DNA from: Hydrolagus affinis
Taxonomy: Eukaryota
Direction: 5' to 3'
Length of the DNA: 64,000 bases
NCBI GenBank assembly: GCA_012026655.1
Contig: JAAILG010001185.1
Location: forward strand, 1 to 64,000
The notes under the pieces are model-generated. The model saw nothing but the letters and a program-made list of their open reading frames with translations, searched no databases and had not been told where the DNA came from. The position numbers and the translations under genes were made by a program. Every line of letters starts with the position of its first letter. The stretch's first letter is position 1. Below are positions 36,487 to 49,114 of this stretch, in pieces.

Positions 36487-38469
36487 AATTGTAACTCCTA
36501 CCAACAATCCCCTAAATAAAACTGCAAACAAAGCAGTTGCTTGTGGGACAGTGCCCTGGTGCAAAGAGTAATATCCTGTGAAATGCTTTGAGACTTCTCA
36601 ATAAAATAAAGGACCACATCAAATGCAACAATTGTTATGATAATTATTATTGTATAGACGCATGTGCGGTTAAGAAAAGTATTGCCATGTGCTCAACACT
36701 ATAATTGTGTGCACCCAAACTCAGTTACACTCAAAGGAATTCATGGTGCATGGCCTTTAACAAGTAATTACCTTATTAAACCCATTGCCCAAGTTGGCAG
36801 TTTGAACTCAGCACCAAATATATTGGTGGAGATTAAACAGGTCTATAAAACGTTACCTATTTTGTATGTCCAGAATGTCCAAAAACCATAAGCTGCCTCA
36901 GGAAACAATGGCTCTCAAGTTTAATATACATAATGGATTAGCTAATTACTAGAGCATAGGATATAATAGATCCATGTGTAGCACATTAGTTATTATTTTG
37001 TTCTATCACTTTTTCCCAATATATTTGTTGTTAGCACTTTTGCACCTTATTAGCTTTTTGTTGGGCTGTGTACAATGCTGGAGAATGGGGCCGGTGGGAA
37101 CTCACGGTTTTATTGCATTGCCGTGGCTGCTAATTGCCTTCCTATGGTTGAGATGCGGAGCTGAAGTAGTTCAGTATTCTCTTAATGACTGCGCTGACAT
37201 TTCCAGACCTGGATGCCGGTGCAATCTATATTTTTATACTTTACCTCCCCACTTGGATTTCAGCAGACCAGCGAAACCCAAAGGATGTTCAGTTCAGGAA
37301 ATAAAGTTCTTTCTCACTGAGTCATATGTTAGGGGGAAAATAAAGTGTGTTCAAGATGTGTGAGCTCAACATCACTCAAGGCACAGGACAGAGAGGCTTC
37401 CTTTTTGATCGGTAATGCATGTTTGTTGATCTTTCTGTGCTGTTTTCTGTAGGCAAGCTAACTCTGCGAACAAAAACGTTCAGAAGTGGAGGAGTTACAG
37501 AACCAGCTGGCAATGTAATGGGAGCAGGCTTTCTTGATGCTGGTTTGCGAAGTACCGAACAGAAAAGAACAAGCAGCTGAAGGGCTGCAGAGGATTAACC
37601 TACATGGTTGCTATGGGAGTGGTGCTTGTCTAGAAAGGTTAGCCTGAAGGGAAAAGCTTGAAGCAGCAAAAAACCCTCAGATTATTAGAGATGACCTGAG
37701 ATGCTCCCCTCTGGGATTAGCTTTGTCTCCTGAAAATTAAACTAACTGAGACTTGCGCACACAGATGTTCAAGAAATTTGAATAACTTGCCATGAAAGGT
37801 TACTGCAGCCGCTTTTCTGTAAATAAACTCATCTACATGTACACATCACGTAGATGAGTTTGGCCAACAATCCCACCAATAAAATTGGTCACTCGCTCCA
37901 CGGCGGCTTGTGGAACATTGCTGCGTACAAACTGGCTGCCACACTTCACCCACAAAATACGGGGTCAGTCCACTTTGTACAATATCCTGTGAAGCGCTAT
38001 TATTAGAATTATATTATTATGATACAACTCCTTATTCGTTAGCATTATCCAACCTGAAAGCCCAGGTGATGGGATACCGCCACAACAATTAGGGGCGAAC
38101 CGAACAATTTTACATAGAGCAGCAGGAATGGAAGCACTAATTAACTAAGGAAGCAAATGCCTCGCGATACCACACATTACCTATTCAGAGTCCAATATTC
38201 TAACTTGTTTTCTAGTATTTGATTTTCTATTCTTACCAAGGTATGGAGGAGTGTGGAGGGGGTGGGAGACGGGGGCAAAAAATATTTTTGTGGCCATTTC
38301 TGCAAGCCTGGCAGCTGTGAACAACAACATTATGCGACAAGTGTACAGTCTTATCCGAAGCAGTTTGAGGTTCGTCACAGGGAAATGCTTAGAATAATTT
38401 ATATCAGAGTTATTTATACTTGTGTTTTTTTTTAAATGGGGGAGGAGTGAAGTGAAGAGAAGGGGGAGT

Positions 38470-38500
38470 GCATGTGTGCGCGCGCGCGTGTGTGTATATA

Positions 38501-38532
<32 letters not shown>
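38470..38532. repeat. Compound alternating purine-pyrimidine microsatellite (TG)(CG)n(TG)(TA)n
   Basis: Direct observation. Confidence 0.9.
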
Positions 38533-39689
38533 TACAGATTGAAAAATGATTGGTGATATAAATAATGCATTTTTGTTTCTCATTCCCAGTATTTTAATTC
38601 TAAAGGGAATGATTAATTTACTGTGGAATTTTAGTCGACTACAGGTGAAATCAATTATTTCTTGAATAATCACGTAACCATACAAGAGAAGCATGCCTCA
38701 GAGCATCTTCATGCATGTCAATGGATGCCAGAGTGGTTCATAAAAGGTTATCACCTAGGAAACATATTTTTCCGAAGCAGAAGTTAAATATGCAAGCCAG
38801 CGCACCATAGACATTTAATTTAGTCAGTCAACCCAAACATATTAATATTTTAACAAAATCCAATGAGAATAAATTCTCCTTTGATCGCGTTTCATTTGAG
38901 CATTGCAGAAAGGGGAAAGAAAAACTTAAAAACAAAATAGTCTAGCATACTGAATAAGGTTAGTATTAAGTGGGCTATTTAATGTTTCTGGCATTTCTTA
39001 GCCCTGGGGAGTTTTTGGATGGATTTAACAATCAAGCCTCATGCTCCCTTAGCCACAAAGTTCCAGAAACATAAAATAATCTATACTTCCAACCTGACAA
39101 ATCTTACCCGACACTGAGCTCCATCTCAATGGGACTTTCTATATCAGCATTAATCATATGTTACATGAACAGTGTGAAAGTAAATCTCACAAGGCTAAAA
39201 CTGAGATGGAAGGTATTTGGTCAAAGATTTTCATCAATTATATGGAACATAATGACAGCTAGTCATTGTGTGTTTTTTTTTTACAACTACAGTTACAATA
39301 CAGAACCTACCGCAACCAAGATTAGCTCAGGCTCATTCCTAAGAAAAGTCAACTGACGATTTTAGAACAACCCATTTTGTCCATGTTTTTAAGATTTCAG
39401 TCCTTCTGCATTCAGTTCGCTCTAGAATACTGTTTGCACAAAACGCTAACTTTTTTTTCCCCCACTTTCAATGGTTTTCAATGTTTCAATGTTCCTACCA
39501 CATTCCACTTTAACTTACACATCTAAAAGTTTTCATATTTGACCGGTTTCACAGTTTCTTTTTTCTCCGTATTTCATATTTTCTTCGAATCACGGAAATG
39601 ATAGCATAGGAAGAAGCCATTTTGTTCAAAGCCAAAGTTCATTCCTGGCAGTGAAACCCAACAGGCATTGAATACGACCATGTAGGAGG

Positions 39690-39985
39690 CCAGAGCCTGT
39701 TGCCTCCGCCCGACTGGCTCCAGCTTTCTACATGTCCCTGGTTCTATCATTAGTGGTCGCATTTTCAGCCACTACGCCCCAAAACTCTGGAACACTCTTC
39801 CTCTATCTCTCTGCCTTGCCCCTATCTTACAAATTTTCAGGTAGTAACTGAAGATTGTGAGACTATTTGATTGTATCTATGATCGCTTCTCGCTCCCTCC
39901 AGCTCGGAGTCATACTCTGCCACTGTCAAGCGCTTTAGGAATCTGACCTGCGTGATGGGCGGTATATAAATGCAAGTTGTTGTTC
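39690..39985 (+). mobile_element. L2 LINE 3' fragment
   Basis: ggtcgcattttcagccactacgccccaaaactctggaacactcttcct (GRIFSHYAPKLWNTLP); tail aaatgcaagttgttgtt. Confidence 0.8.
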
Positions 39986-41539
39986 AATGGCTGATGTCTG
40001 AAATAAAATGATCCCAAGCAAAGCATGAATTAAAATCGTCACAACAACAAAACAAAATTACATTTGTGGAGTGCCTTTTACGTCGGGAGGACGTACCAAA
40101 GCACTGAAGGACAGGAGAAACAGAGAAAAGACTATCCTACAGGATACAGTTATAAGTTGTACAAACTAGGAGGTCGTATCTTCAATTCCTGCTAAGTGAA
40201 CCGAGTTCTACATGGAAGCTAGGCTGCCGCTCATTCTCAATACCATTAGGCCAGAGTTAGGAAAGATCAATTTGGATAGATTCTCATGACTACTATTCAG
40301 TTGCCCATCTAAGATGTGTTGCCTTTCCCCCCAACGTCCACCCCCTACTTAATAGGCCAAAGCTACCAGAACTCAGAATCTGTGCAGTTTGGTGTTAAAA
40401 TATTAAACTAGTCAACAACAGAAGTGTCATTGCATATTATGGATAACACATTCCTGCAATGTAATTATTGCGGGCGATGGCTTATGCACCGTGTCATATA
40501 TGCTTTACATCAGGAATGGCGCCATGACTCCTAATCATTAATTCTTCATATATTCCGTGTGCACTGTGATAAATATAATTGCCTGATAAAATGAACTAAA
40601 ATACCAATCTTTGTTTGAAGACCTTCACGGAGCCCGGTAAGTGGGGAACATCGTACAGGATTCATGTAACGATTTATTTTTAGAAAATCCTACAGGGAAT
40701 AATGCTCCTTTAAATATAAGCAAGATCCTTTTCCACCCTTAAGTAAGGAAATAAATAAATGTAATGTGATGCTTCCTGTAATCCAACCAATGCTCATTTT
40801 TCACCCTCACATCTCTTAAAAAGGCACCTTACTTTGATTTGATCTGAAAGCTTGGTGGTTTCATGTCCTGTAGCTACAGGGAAACCAACCTTGTATAAAA
40901 TATAATGGAGATGCCCTGTATAATGAAATAAAAGAAGCATTGTGAGATTGGGGTGCTGGGAGGTAGTGGAAAGGCTGTATTATCAGACCAGTTGACTGGC
41001 TATTGTATTTTTCAGCAGTGTGATAATAAACAATGCATCACCAGTTAACGAACACATCACAGCTCACAATTTTCATTCCAATATTACAGTGAAAAAGCTA
41101 TAATATTAGAATTTTAAAGAAGACAACAAACATTGTACAACAGGAACCAGCCTTCAGAGACGTGATATTCTGCCCATTTAATAATAATAATCATCCAGGC
41201 ATTTGATGTAGCACGTTTCACATCAGAAAGCGGTCTCAAAGTGCTTCACGGTAAACTGTATTACTGCATGGTTTGTGGGTGAACACCTGAAAAATGATCT
41301 AAACACAATGAATATGATCTAGTGCAAAAGAAAAGTTATTAGGTTTCTTTAACATATTGTTATGATCTGGAATACTTGGAAGTGGATTAACCATAGTACA
41401 TTTGGTCAGCAGCATGATCTGGGGAATTGGAGAAAAATGTTACACGTATGAAGTGGTTTGGCAGATTGGAATTCTTTGCTTAGGTTACTAATCTGGGGTT
41501 ACTGAGATTTGGCTGTCATAAGAAAAAGAATGTAAAAGC

Positions 41540-42016
41540 CAGTCAGGAACCTAGGTGTCTTGTTCGACCCTGAACTGTTCCTTCCCCACATCCGTGCCAC
41601 GACCAGTACCGCCTTCCACCACCTTCATAACGTCGCCAGACTCCACCACTGCCTCAACCCTCAGGCTGCCGAAACCCTTGTCCGTGCATTCATCACATCA
41701 AGACTCGACTATAGAAACTCCCTCCTTGTCAGACTTCCTGGCTCTTCCCTTCACAAACTGCAGATCATCCAGAACTCTGCAGCTCATGTCCTCTCTCTCA
41801 CAAAGCTCCGCAACCACATCGCTCCCACCCTTGCCCGGCTCCATTGGCTCCCCAACCTCCAGAGGATCGAATTGAAGATCCTTGTCCTCACTTTCAAGGC
41901 CATTCATGGCCTTGCCCCCTCCTACCTCTCTGACCTGCTGTCCCCTATGAACCTGCCCGCCCACTCCGTTCAGCAGGCTCCAATCTGCTCCATGTCCGCT
42001 GTAATTTTGTTGTTGT
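41540..42016 (+). mobile_element. L2 LINE ORF2 C-terminal fragment
   Basis: VRNLGVLFDPEL...AAETLVRAFITSRLDYRNSLL...LQIIQNSAA...LHWLP..RIELKILVLTFKAIHGLAPSYLSDLL. Confidence 0.92.
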
Positions 42017-42359
42017 AACGGTACAGCCATTCCATAATAATAATCATTGGAACTAAACCAGAAATTTAAATCTAAACCATCAAAGGTGTGACTTTATTTA
42101 TTATTTCTATAGGAGTGTTAAGCCTATTCATTTGACACAGACATTTTTATTTAAGAAATGTGTTTTAGAAAAATATTTTTAAAAAGTTATCTCTTGTAAT
42201 GAATATCTGTGAAGGCTCATTCAGGCAAGATTCAAGATGCTTTGACTAAATTACTGCAACAGACGTTGACAATTTTAATTCTGAAATATATTACAAATAA
42301 ATAAATGACAGGCTTATTGCTGTATTGCTTCTTATCTGTGAAGATAAACTGAGCATGTT

Positions 42360-42411
42360 TAACTTTGCTGACATTATACCTGAGATAACTTTGCTGACAT
42401 TATACCTGAGA
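42360..42411. repeat. Perfect 26-bp tandem duplication
   Basis: taactttgctgacattatacctgaga x2. Confidence 0.95.
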
Positions 42412-45400
42412 TAATGTAACAATCTGTAGTTAAATGGACATGTTAAAAACAAATCCTAAGGTGAGGTTAATTTTCTCAACTTTTCCAGCAGTTGACATTA
42501 ATATTATTTTCAAGGCGTACTCTTTGACCATACTTCTGTTATCTTTCCCCTCCTCAATCTCCTTACGTCTCACTTACAGCTCAGGTACGCAAGCAGTTTG
42601 CTGAGTCTTCCCGACATGAAAGGCACTATGTATACATATCATTTTTTAAAATTATATTGCACTGAAATTAAACTGCTGTATATTGAATTCTGCAGAAAAT
42701 AATTGGAGTAGAATGATAAACTATCAAAGAAACAAACAAACCATCAAGTGGAGGATTGAGTGGGTGGGTTCTGGACTTCATAATGATGCAAACGTTGCAT
42801 TGTGAAATATAAACCCATACATAAATCTTTCACGGTCTAATAACACAAACACACAGACACACACTGCATGAATCTTTCAGAACCTGTTCAATCGCAGTGA
42901 AGCAAGTTCCTGTCCTACAGCTGGTTCCGTGTGACTGTGATCAGCCCATGTGGGCCACTTGATGTTCCTAAAATGCTTGCCAACATCTCTGCTTTGATCT
43001 TTACTTGTGTAACAGATAGCTTTGGGCCTAGGTCCTCACTGCAAACTGATCCAAATGAATTCATGGAAAAGAAGACCACAAGTGCAATGCCAAAGGAAAT
43101 AGCTAAAATATTTATCACTCTCAAGTGGCATTGATGACAAGAATTCCTTGTTAATAGGGACACCTACAGGTTTGTTCCATCAGTGTTTATTTAATGTACT
43201 GATGTAAAACGAAACATAAGGTTTACATCAGGACACGCTCTGTTGTAATGTGATTTTCTTGCCTCTTGCCCAGTCATGCAGTACTTAATTCTTAAGATGT
43301 TTTAACACCTGTCGCTAAAACTTACTTTCTTCAAAATCACAAGCAAGGTCTTGGCAATAACAAGCCACATTTAATTCCTAGAGTCAGATTTCGGGCTGAA
43401 AAAAAATCCTGCCAGAACGCGGGACAGACACAAGCTAGACATAACAACATTGAATCAAAAATGTAACATGTCAGCGTTATAACAAGGATAGTATTGGGCT
43501 TCATAAAGCATTTACAATTTTTAGAAAATAATTAGAATTTTGTGGCACATTTATTGTATTCTGACTAGCCAGTATTTTCCATTGAATGTTATATGTGTAC
43601 AAAAAGAACATTTAAAGCTATGATTATATATTTTAGTTATCACTAAATCTAAGACTGATAATGACTGATAAGACTGAGACCATATATTAGATGTCACTGA
43701 TCTTGCCAGTGAGCCTTTCGTGGAGCAGGAGTGATAAATATAGTTTATGTGCAAGAACAACACGTTACTGGCATTAATTCAATAAAGAGCATGGTTGAAA
43801 GATTATACATCAAGATTACGATACATTTTCTCAGTCAGCATTCTATAAATATCTACCTTGATCCAATGACATATTCCTGGTGTACACCTAAAATTAGTTT
43901 AACTTCCTGAATGCTCAGCCTTTGACTTTACTAAAATGGCACTGCCAGCTTTCATCATTACATATTAGAAAGCTGAAATCTACGAGTACAGAATCAAACT
44001 ACTGTCGTGCAGAGGAACTGCATTTGGGCAATTGGGTCTCGGGCTACAATTCACAACCTTTTGCTCCCTAAGTAATGCTAATCAAGTTTGAGAATTAAAT
44101 TATGACCACGCCAACTCATGCACCTTTTAGTGCCTGCAGCACCTTATATATTTCCAACAAATGTGATTATTTGGGTGGAATTTCAAAGTCGTGAACATTT
44201 GAGATGGTGTGTGTTCCCTTGGGAGCATTCATTGAAACTCATAAGGTTGCTTCTTGAGGTCGCTGTCAAAACCTTGAACACGTTCCATTGACTTGCTACG
44301 TTTACTGTTTAATAGCATTTCAGATCGACTCCAATTTACTCAGCAAGCAAAGCAGTCTCGACATTTCAGTGTGTGAGACTTATGGTTGGTGTCACAAGCA
44401 AAATAGACCTGTAACGGCTGCATTGTATGGAGTTCATTTCCTTTCTCAGACAACGTCAAAGTATCTGCGCTCCAATGAGGCTTTCCTCACAAATCAAACT
44501 GCAAGGCTGCTTACAATCCTTTCCCAATATTAGGTGCAAATTTATGAAGGAAATTCAACCACGAAGATTGGTGCTTCCCCTCCCCATCTCTCAATCTCAG
44601 GAAGGCATAATAGTGCTTAAAATCTGTTTCCCCTGCAAAGAGTTAATCTGCAGTATTTCAAGCCATTGGAAGCATTCCAGAATGTTATCCCTCCCCTAGG
44701 ATTTCAATCCATACAGGGGACTGTATAATAAAAAGGTTCGGAGGGACTATATAGGTTCTTGTTATTTATTTTCACTTTCAACAGTACAAGCATTTTACCT
44801 GCCTTAAGCGTAGAATCTTTTAGGATTCTACTGGTGTTTAATCTCTAAATGATTAAACACCACTTGATTACTCAGGTAATGCAGCTCGAGTATTTTTACT
44901 TCAACAAGAACCTTGGAAGTTCTCTAAATAAACAGCTTTCTGCTTCAATCCTTGTTTCCTTTATTGATGCTATAGTTCAATTTTTCACTTTCTTCATAGC
45001 ACTGCCAGATAATAATCTACCTTCAGGAGCTCCCAGAGTGCAACCTCCTATCCTATTGACCCTTGATTCTCTGTTCAGAGATTGTCAATACCCTCCTTTA
45101 CCTTCTGGATCAATTTCAGATTCCAGAGCAGGAAATTATTAAATCACCATTGTGAACTTTTTAAAATCCCTATAACTGGACCAGCCAAGAGGGAGACCAG
45201 GGGCATGGATAGGAGCTTTAATCTACACCATTTTCATAGTTATTGAAAACTCACCACCTCCCGACACTAAAAACCCTTCAATCCGACAGTAAATATCCTG
45301 TCACGCAGAATAATAAGTCTAATCTCCCTTTGTCGGGATTTACAGACTTCAAATGTCTGTCAAGCCGAGTTCACTGCTAAAGGCCCCAGTGCACTTGAGT

Positions 45401-48400
45401 AAGATCTTTTGAAAAACCTACCTCTCCAAGACTATAACTAAAAGCAGGTGAGTGACTAAATTCAAATGATATCCCACAACTCGGAGGCAGAATTAAATGG
45501 GTCATAAAGGAGTTAAGAAATCTGCAATGAGTCTAGGCAAATGCAAATGTTTCACCAAATCTGCACACCTCAAATGATCCCACCACAAAGATGCTTGTTT
45601 TCACTGTCTGTAATATATATTTCCAAAGCGCAGGGAATATTCGTCTTGATGATGACTGTCGCTCTACTCCCAGCTCTGGCTTGAAAACGTAATCCACTTT
45701 GATGCATCTTCCTTTGAAAAATAAACACAGCTTCCTATGTTTAAATCAGTTTGCAACCCATCATACTTTTTTTGATCATAAATCTCACACCTAGCATTCT
45801 CGGGATGTTGACAGTTGCATGCTCTGCTTGTCAAAAGAGGATAAGGAGATCAGACGCACCCCTGCCCTTTTCAGTTTCTGAGATTCTACCATATGTTGTT
45901 GTATGTTTAGATGCATCTTTTGGGTAAAATCGATCCCACAACTTAACTTCTGGAGACACTGCATTATTGTGAAAGGCTGTTGTCTTCAAGAAAAAAAGAT
46001 TTGACAAAACTTGTTTTTTTTCCATGCACAAAGAGATAATGTGATAGCATTAAAGTTCATCATCACATCACTTGCAAAGGATTTAATTGAGGCAAAAATG
46101 GTGCATTGATGAACTTCAATGTAGTTCAAGTGGAAACGAACAAAAGACTCTTCTGACGTTTTCCCGCAAACACGCAAAAGGTTTCTATGAAGGTAATATC
46201 TGATTATTTGGCCTAACAACATAATTCTATCAGCTAATAGTCAGTTCCTTTCCAAATGGTTCCACAACCAAATCTTCTGGAAGTCACCATTCCGCACAAG
46301 TCATTGCAGTACAAGAAGAAAAAAAATCTGCAGATAAGGGACAGTCAGCTAAGATTTCTGACTGGATTTCTCCTCCCCTTCCAATTCAAATTTCCATAAT
46401 TGCATTCAACCATTGTAACTAGGGTGGCTTGTGCTGTAAATGCCACTTGAAGTAAAAAGAGTTCATTTTCCAATCATCAGTGTTGCTGTGTGGTTCATCT
46501 TCTCGTCAGGTGAATGAAGTGTGTGCGGCACATATATATTGCTTAGGATGTTAGGAACAGGAGCACCACAGTTATGCTCTATTGATAATTACACTGTCAC
46601 ATGTCTCCTCACGTCCCTTGTGTGTTGAGTCTCAATGTATATTCTGTGTAATACATTTCCTTGTTTCTCAGGTGTGTTTTAGGCTGAGGCATTTGTATTC
46701 AGCACAATATCCCCCAAGATAGTGGGTCAGTAATACTAACCAGCTGTATCTCAGGAACACACGATCTCTGTATCTGGAACCTTTTTTCCCCCAGTGGTAA
46801 GGCTTCGCCCCCATTATCATTTCATCAGGCACTTGAAGCAGTTGGTATGGATCAGACGTTACACTAATCTCTGAACAATTTAAGTCCTTTAGTGCTATTT
46901 ATAATCAAAATCCCTGATTTTGTCCACTCCCTTCTATGATGGAGGCAATTCCTCCTGACATATCTTGTGTATTATGTGCCTTTATACCACTGATGTTAGT
47001 AGTCAGCAAGAACCAGATTTGTGGATCACTCAACAGCATCCGAATATCATAATTTGTTAACCCAAGTAGCAAATGCTAGAGCTATGAAGAATGCAGAGAG
47101 GCCAACCCTTCCTTGTTACCATTCGCAATCAGACAGAAAACAGAAAGGTTATCAAAATTATCATAACATGCTTTTTGATTCTGAAAAAGTATCATGTATT
47201 CTGAATCAGTGTAAAGTATTAAACAGATATGTTTTCTTCAAAGCATAATTTCTGGCTTTGACGACTAAGCCAACTAGGTAACTAATGTACATTGTTGGCT
47301 GCTGCCCATTAATTGCAAGATCCTCTGTGTTTTTCCAAGATCCATGCCCCCTTAAAATACTGGCAGTATTCCCCCCCTCCTCGTGATGCAGCAACTAACT
47401 GATGTTCAGCAGGCACAAAGCTGTCATATTTTCCTTTTCTTTCAAGTTGCTATGGTAACTTGTGACTACTCCAGTTTCTGGAGGTCAAGCAAAATATCTA
47501 ACCGTTCAAAAAACAGCTCACCTAACTTAATCTTTGTTATTGAAGAAACATTCATACGATACATCTGTTGGGCACGGTCCAAATCATAGACACTTGCAAA
47601 GGTTGTGGAACAATCAAGTCACTTCTCATTGGGTTTTCCATGAGCCATTGGAGGGGGTGGAGATGGGAGGGAGGTGACGGTATCCCAAATAAAAGTTACT
47701 TTGGTCATCTCAACCCTCCTAAAAACTTATAAATAAGTTATTTGTTGGCTTATTCCCTTGTTTATCCCAGCATTGCCCTACCCAAGAAAAACACAAAGAA
47801 CTCCACTTTGTCTGTCAGAAAAATATTAAGTTATATATAACCAACTTCTAGTTGCGGTGAATCTCATCGCCAGCAGATATCAATTGTACTTTCAATGGCT
47901 GTGGCCCTCTATCCAGCAAGTGTGTCATTTTCCGTCATTCACAATGAAGATTGATTAATATCCTGGCCTCTCCCTCAACAGAAATAAATACGGGCCCCAG
48001 TTAAAGTGTCTCAATCTACAGTGTTTGCATTGCAGTTGACTGTCATTTGATCACTCTTTTATATTATTGCATAAAGGTTTCTCAGTACTGTATTAGGTAC
48101 ACATGGGGGCTATTTTCCTTAAAAAAAAACTTAAGATCTTTTAAATACATGCTGCTACGCTTTTTGATTTGAGACTCATTGAATAGGTTTCTTGCAAGAT
48201 CATTTGAACTACAGTATTTGCAAGCCCGGTGTGAAGTTGGTGTTCTGGTTGTAGCTTTTCCAAAGGTCTGTCGTGACAATTCCCTACAGACTATGACTAA
48301 ACAACCTTTCCCTGCACCAAATATTAACAACCGCTTCATTGCAGGAAGTGGTTGCAAGAGAAATTTCTGTTCTATCGTATTCTAATGCCCTTAGGCTTTA

Positions 48401-49079
48401 AGGACACTGGTTGTCTACACACGCAAAGCGGCCAAGTAACTAACCTGATCATTTCTCAGATGAAGTGCTCATTCATGAATTAAATCATGCCCGGAGTAAG
48501 GAACAAAGACTACACTCCCTGGGTACAAATCATGAGCCAATTGTACAAAACGGGGGGGGGGAGAAATCACAAATTTGTTTTGCCACCCGGCATGGTAATT
48601 TATCAAAGCGACAGAAAGAATAAAAAGATTTTAAGAAGGTAGGCTAGAAAACAACTTGAGAGATTGGTAAGACATGATGACTGTCATATGAGTTTTTGCA
48701 GCTGTTCACCGTGATGTTCCGACTTTGTAAATGAGAGCTATATTGGCTCATTTATACAGGAGAGTAAAAACAGCAACTGACACCTGTACACAGGCAGGTG
48801 CAAGGGAGAGCCAACACCTCCACTGGGGATGGGCATCTGTGGGAGTGCTGACAGTCAGGCCTGCTGGTGTCAGCAAAGGGATCAAAGACATTCTTGGGGG
48901 TCAGTGAAGGATGACATATGGGTAGGACAGCTGTGTGAGATGAGAGGCTCACAGGCAGGTGATTTGCCCGTTCTGTCATTTTGTGGTTTGCAGTGAGCAA
49001 GTGCCTTGTCTTGTCCTCGCAGTCTTGTTTCTCAGAGATAAGTATCTTCTTATTACTTGAAGAGGTCTGTTCGGTGTGA

Positions 49080-49114
<35 letters not shown>

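Noticed and set aside
41560-42018. 152-aa ORF as a host gene
   Set aside because: It is an L2 ORF2 C-terminal fragment; the same applies to the ORFs at 18345, 22135-22633 and 31015-31395
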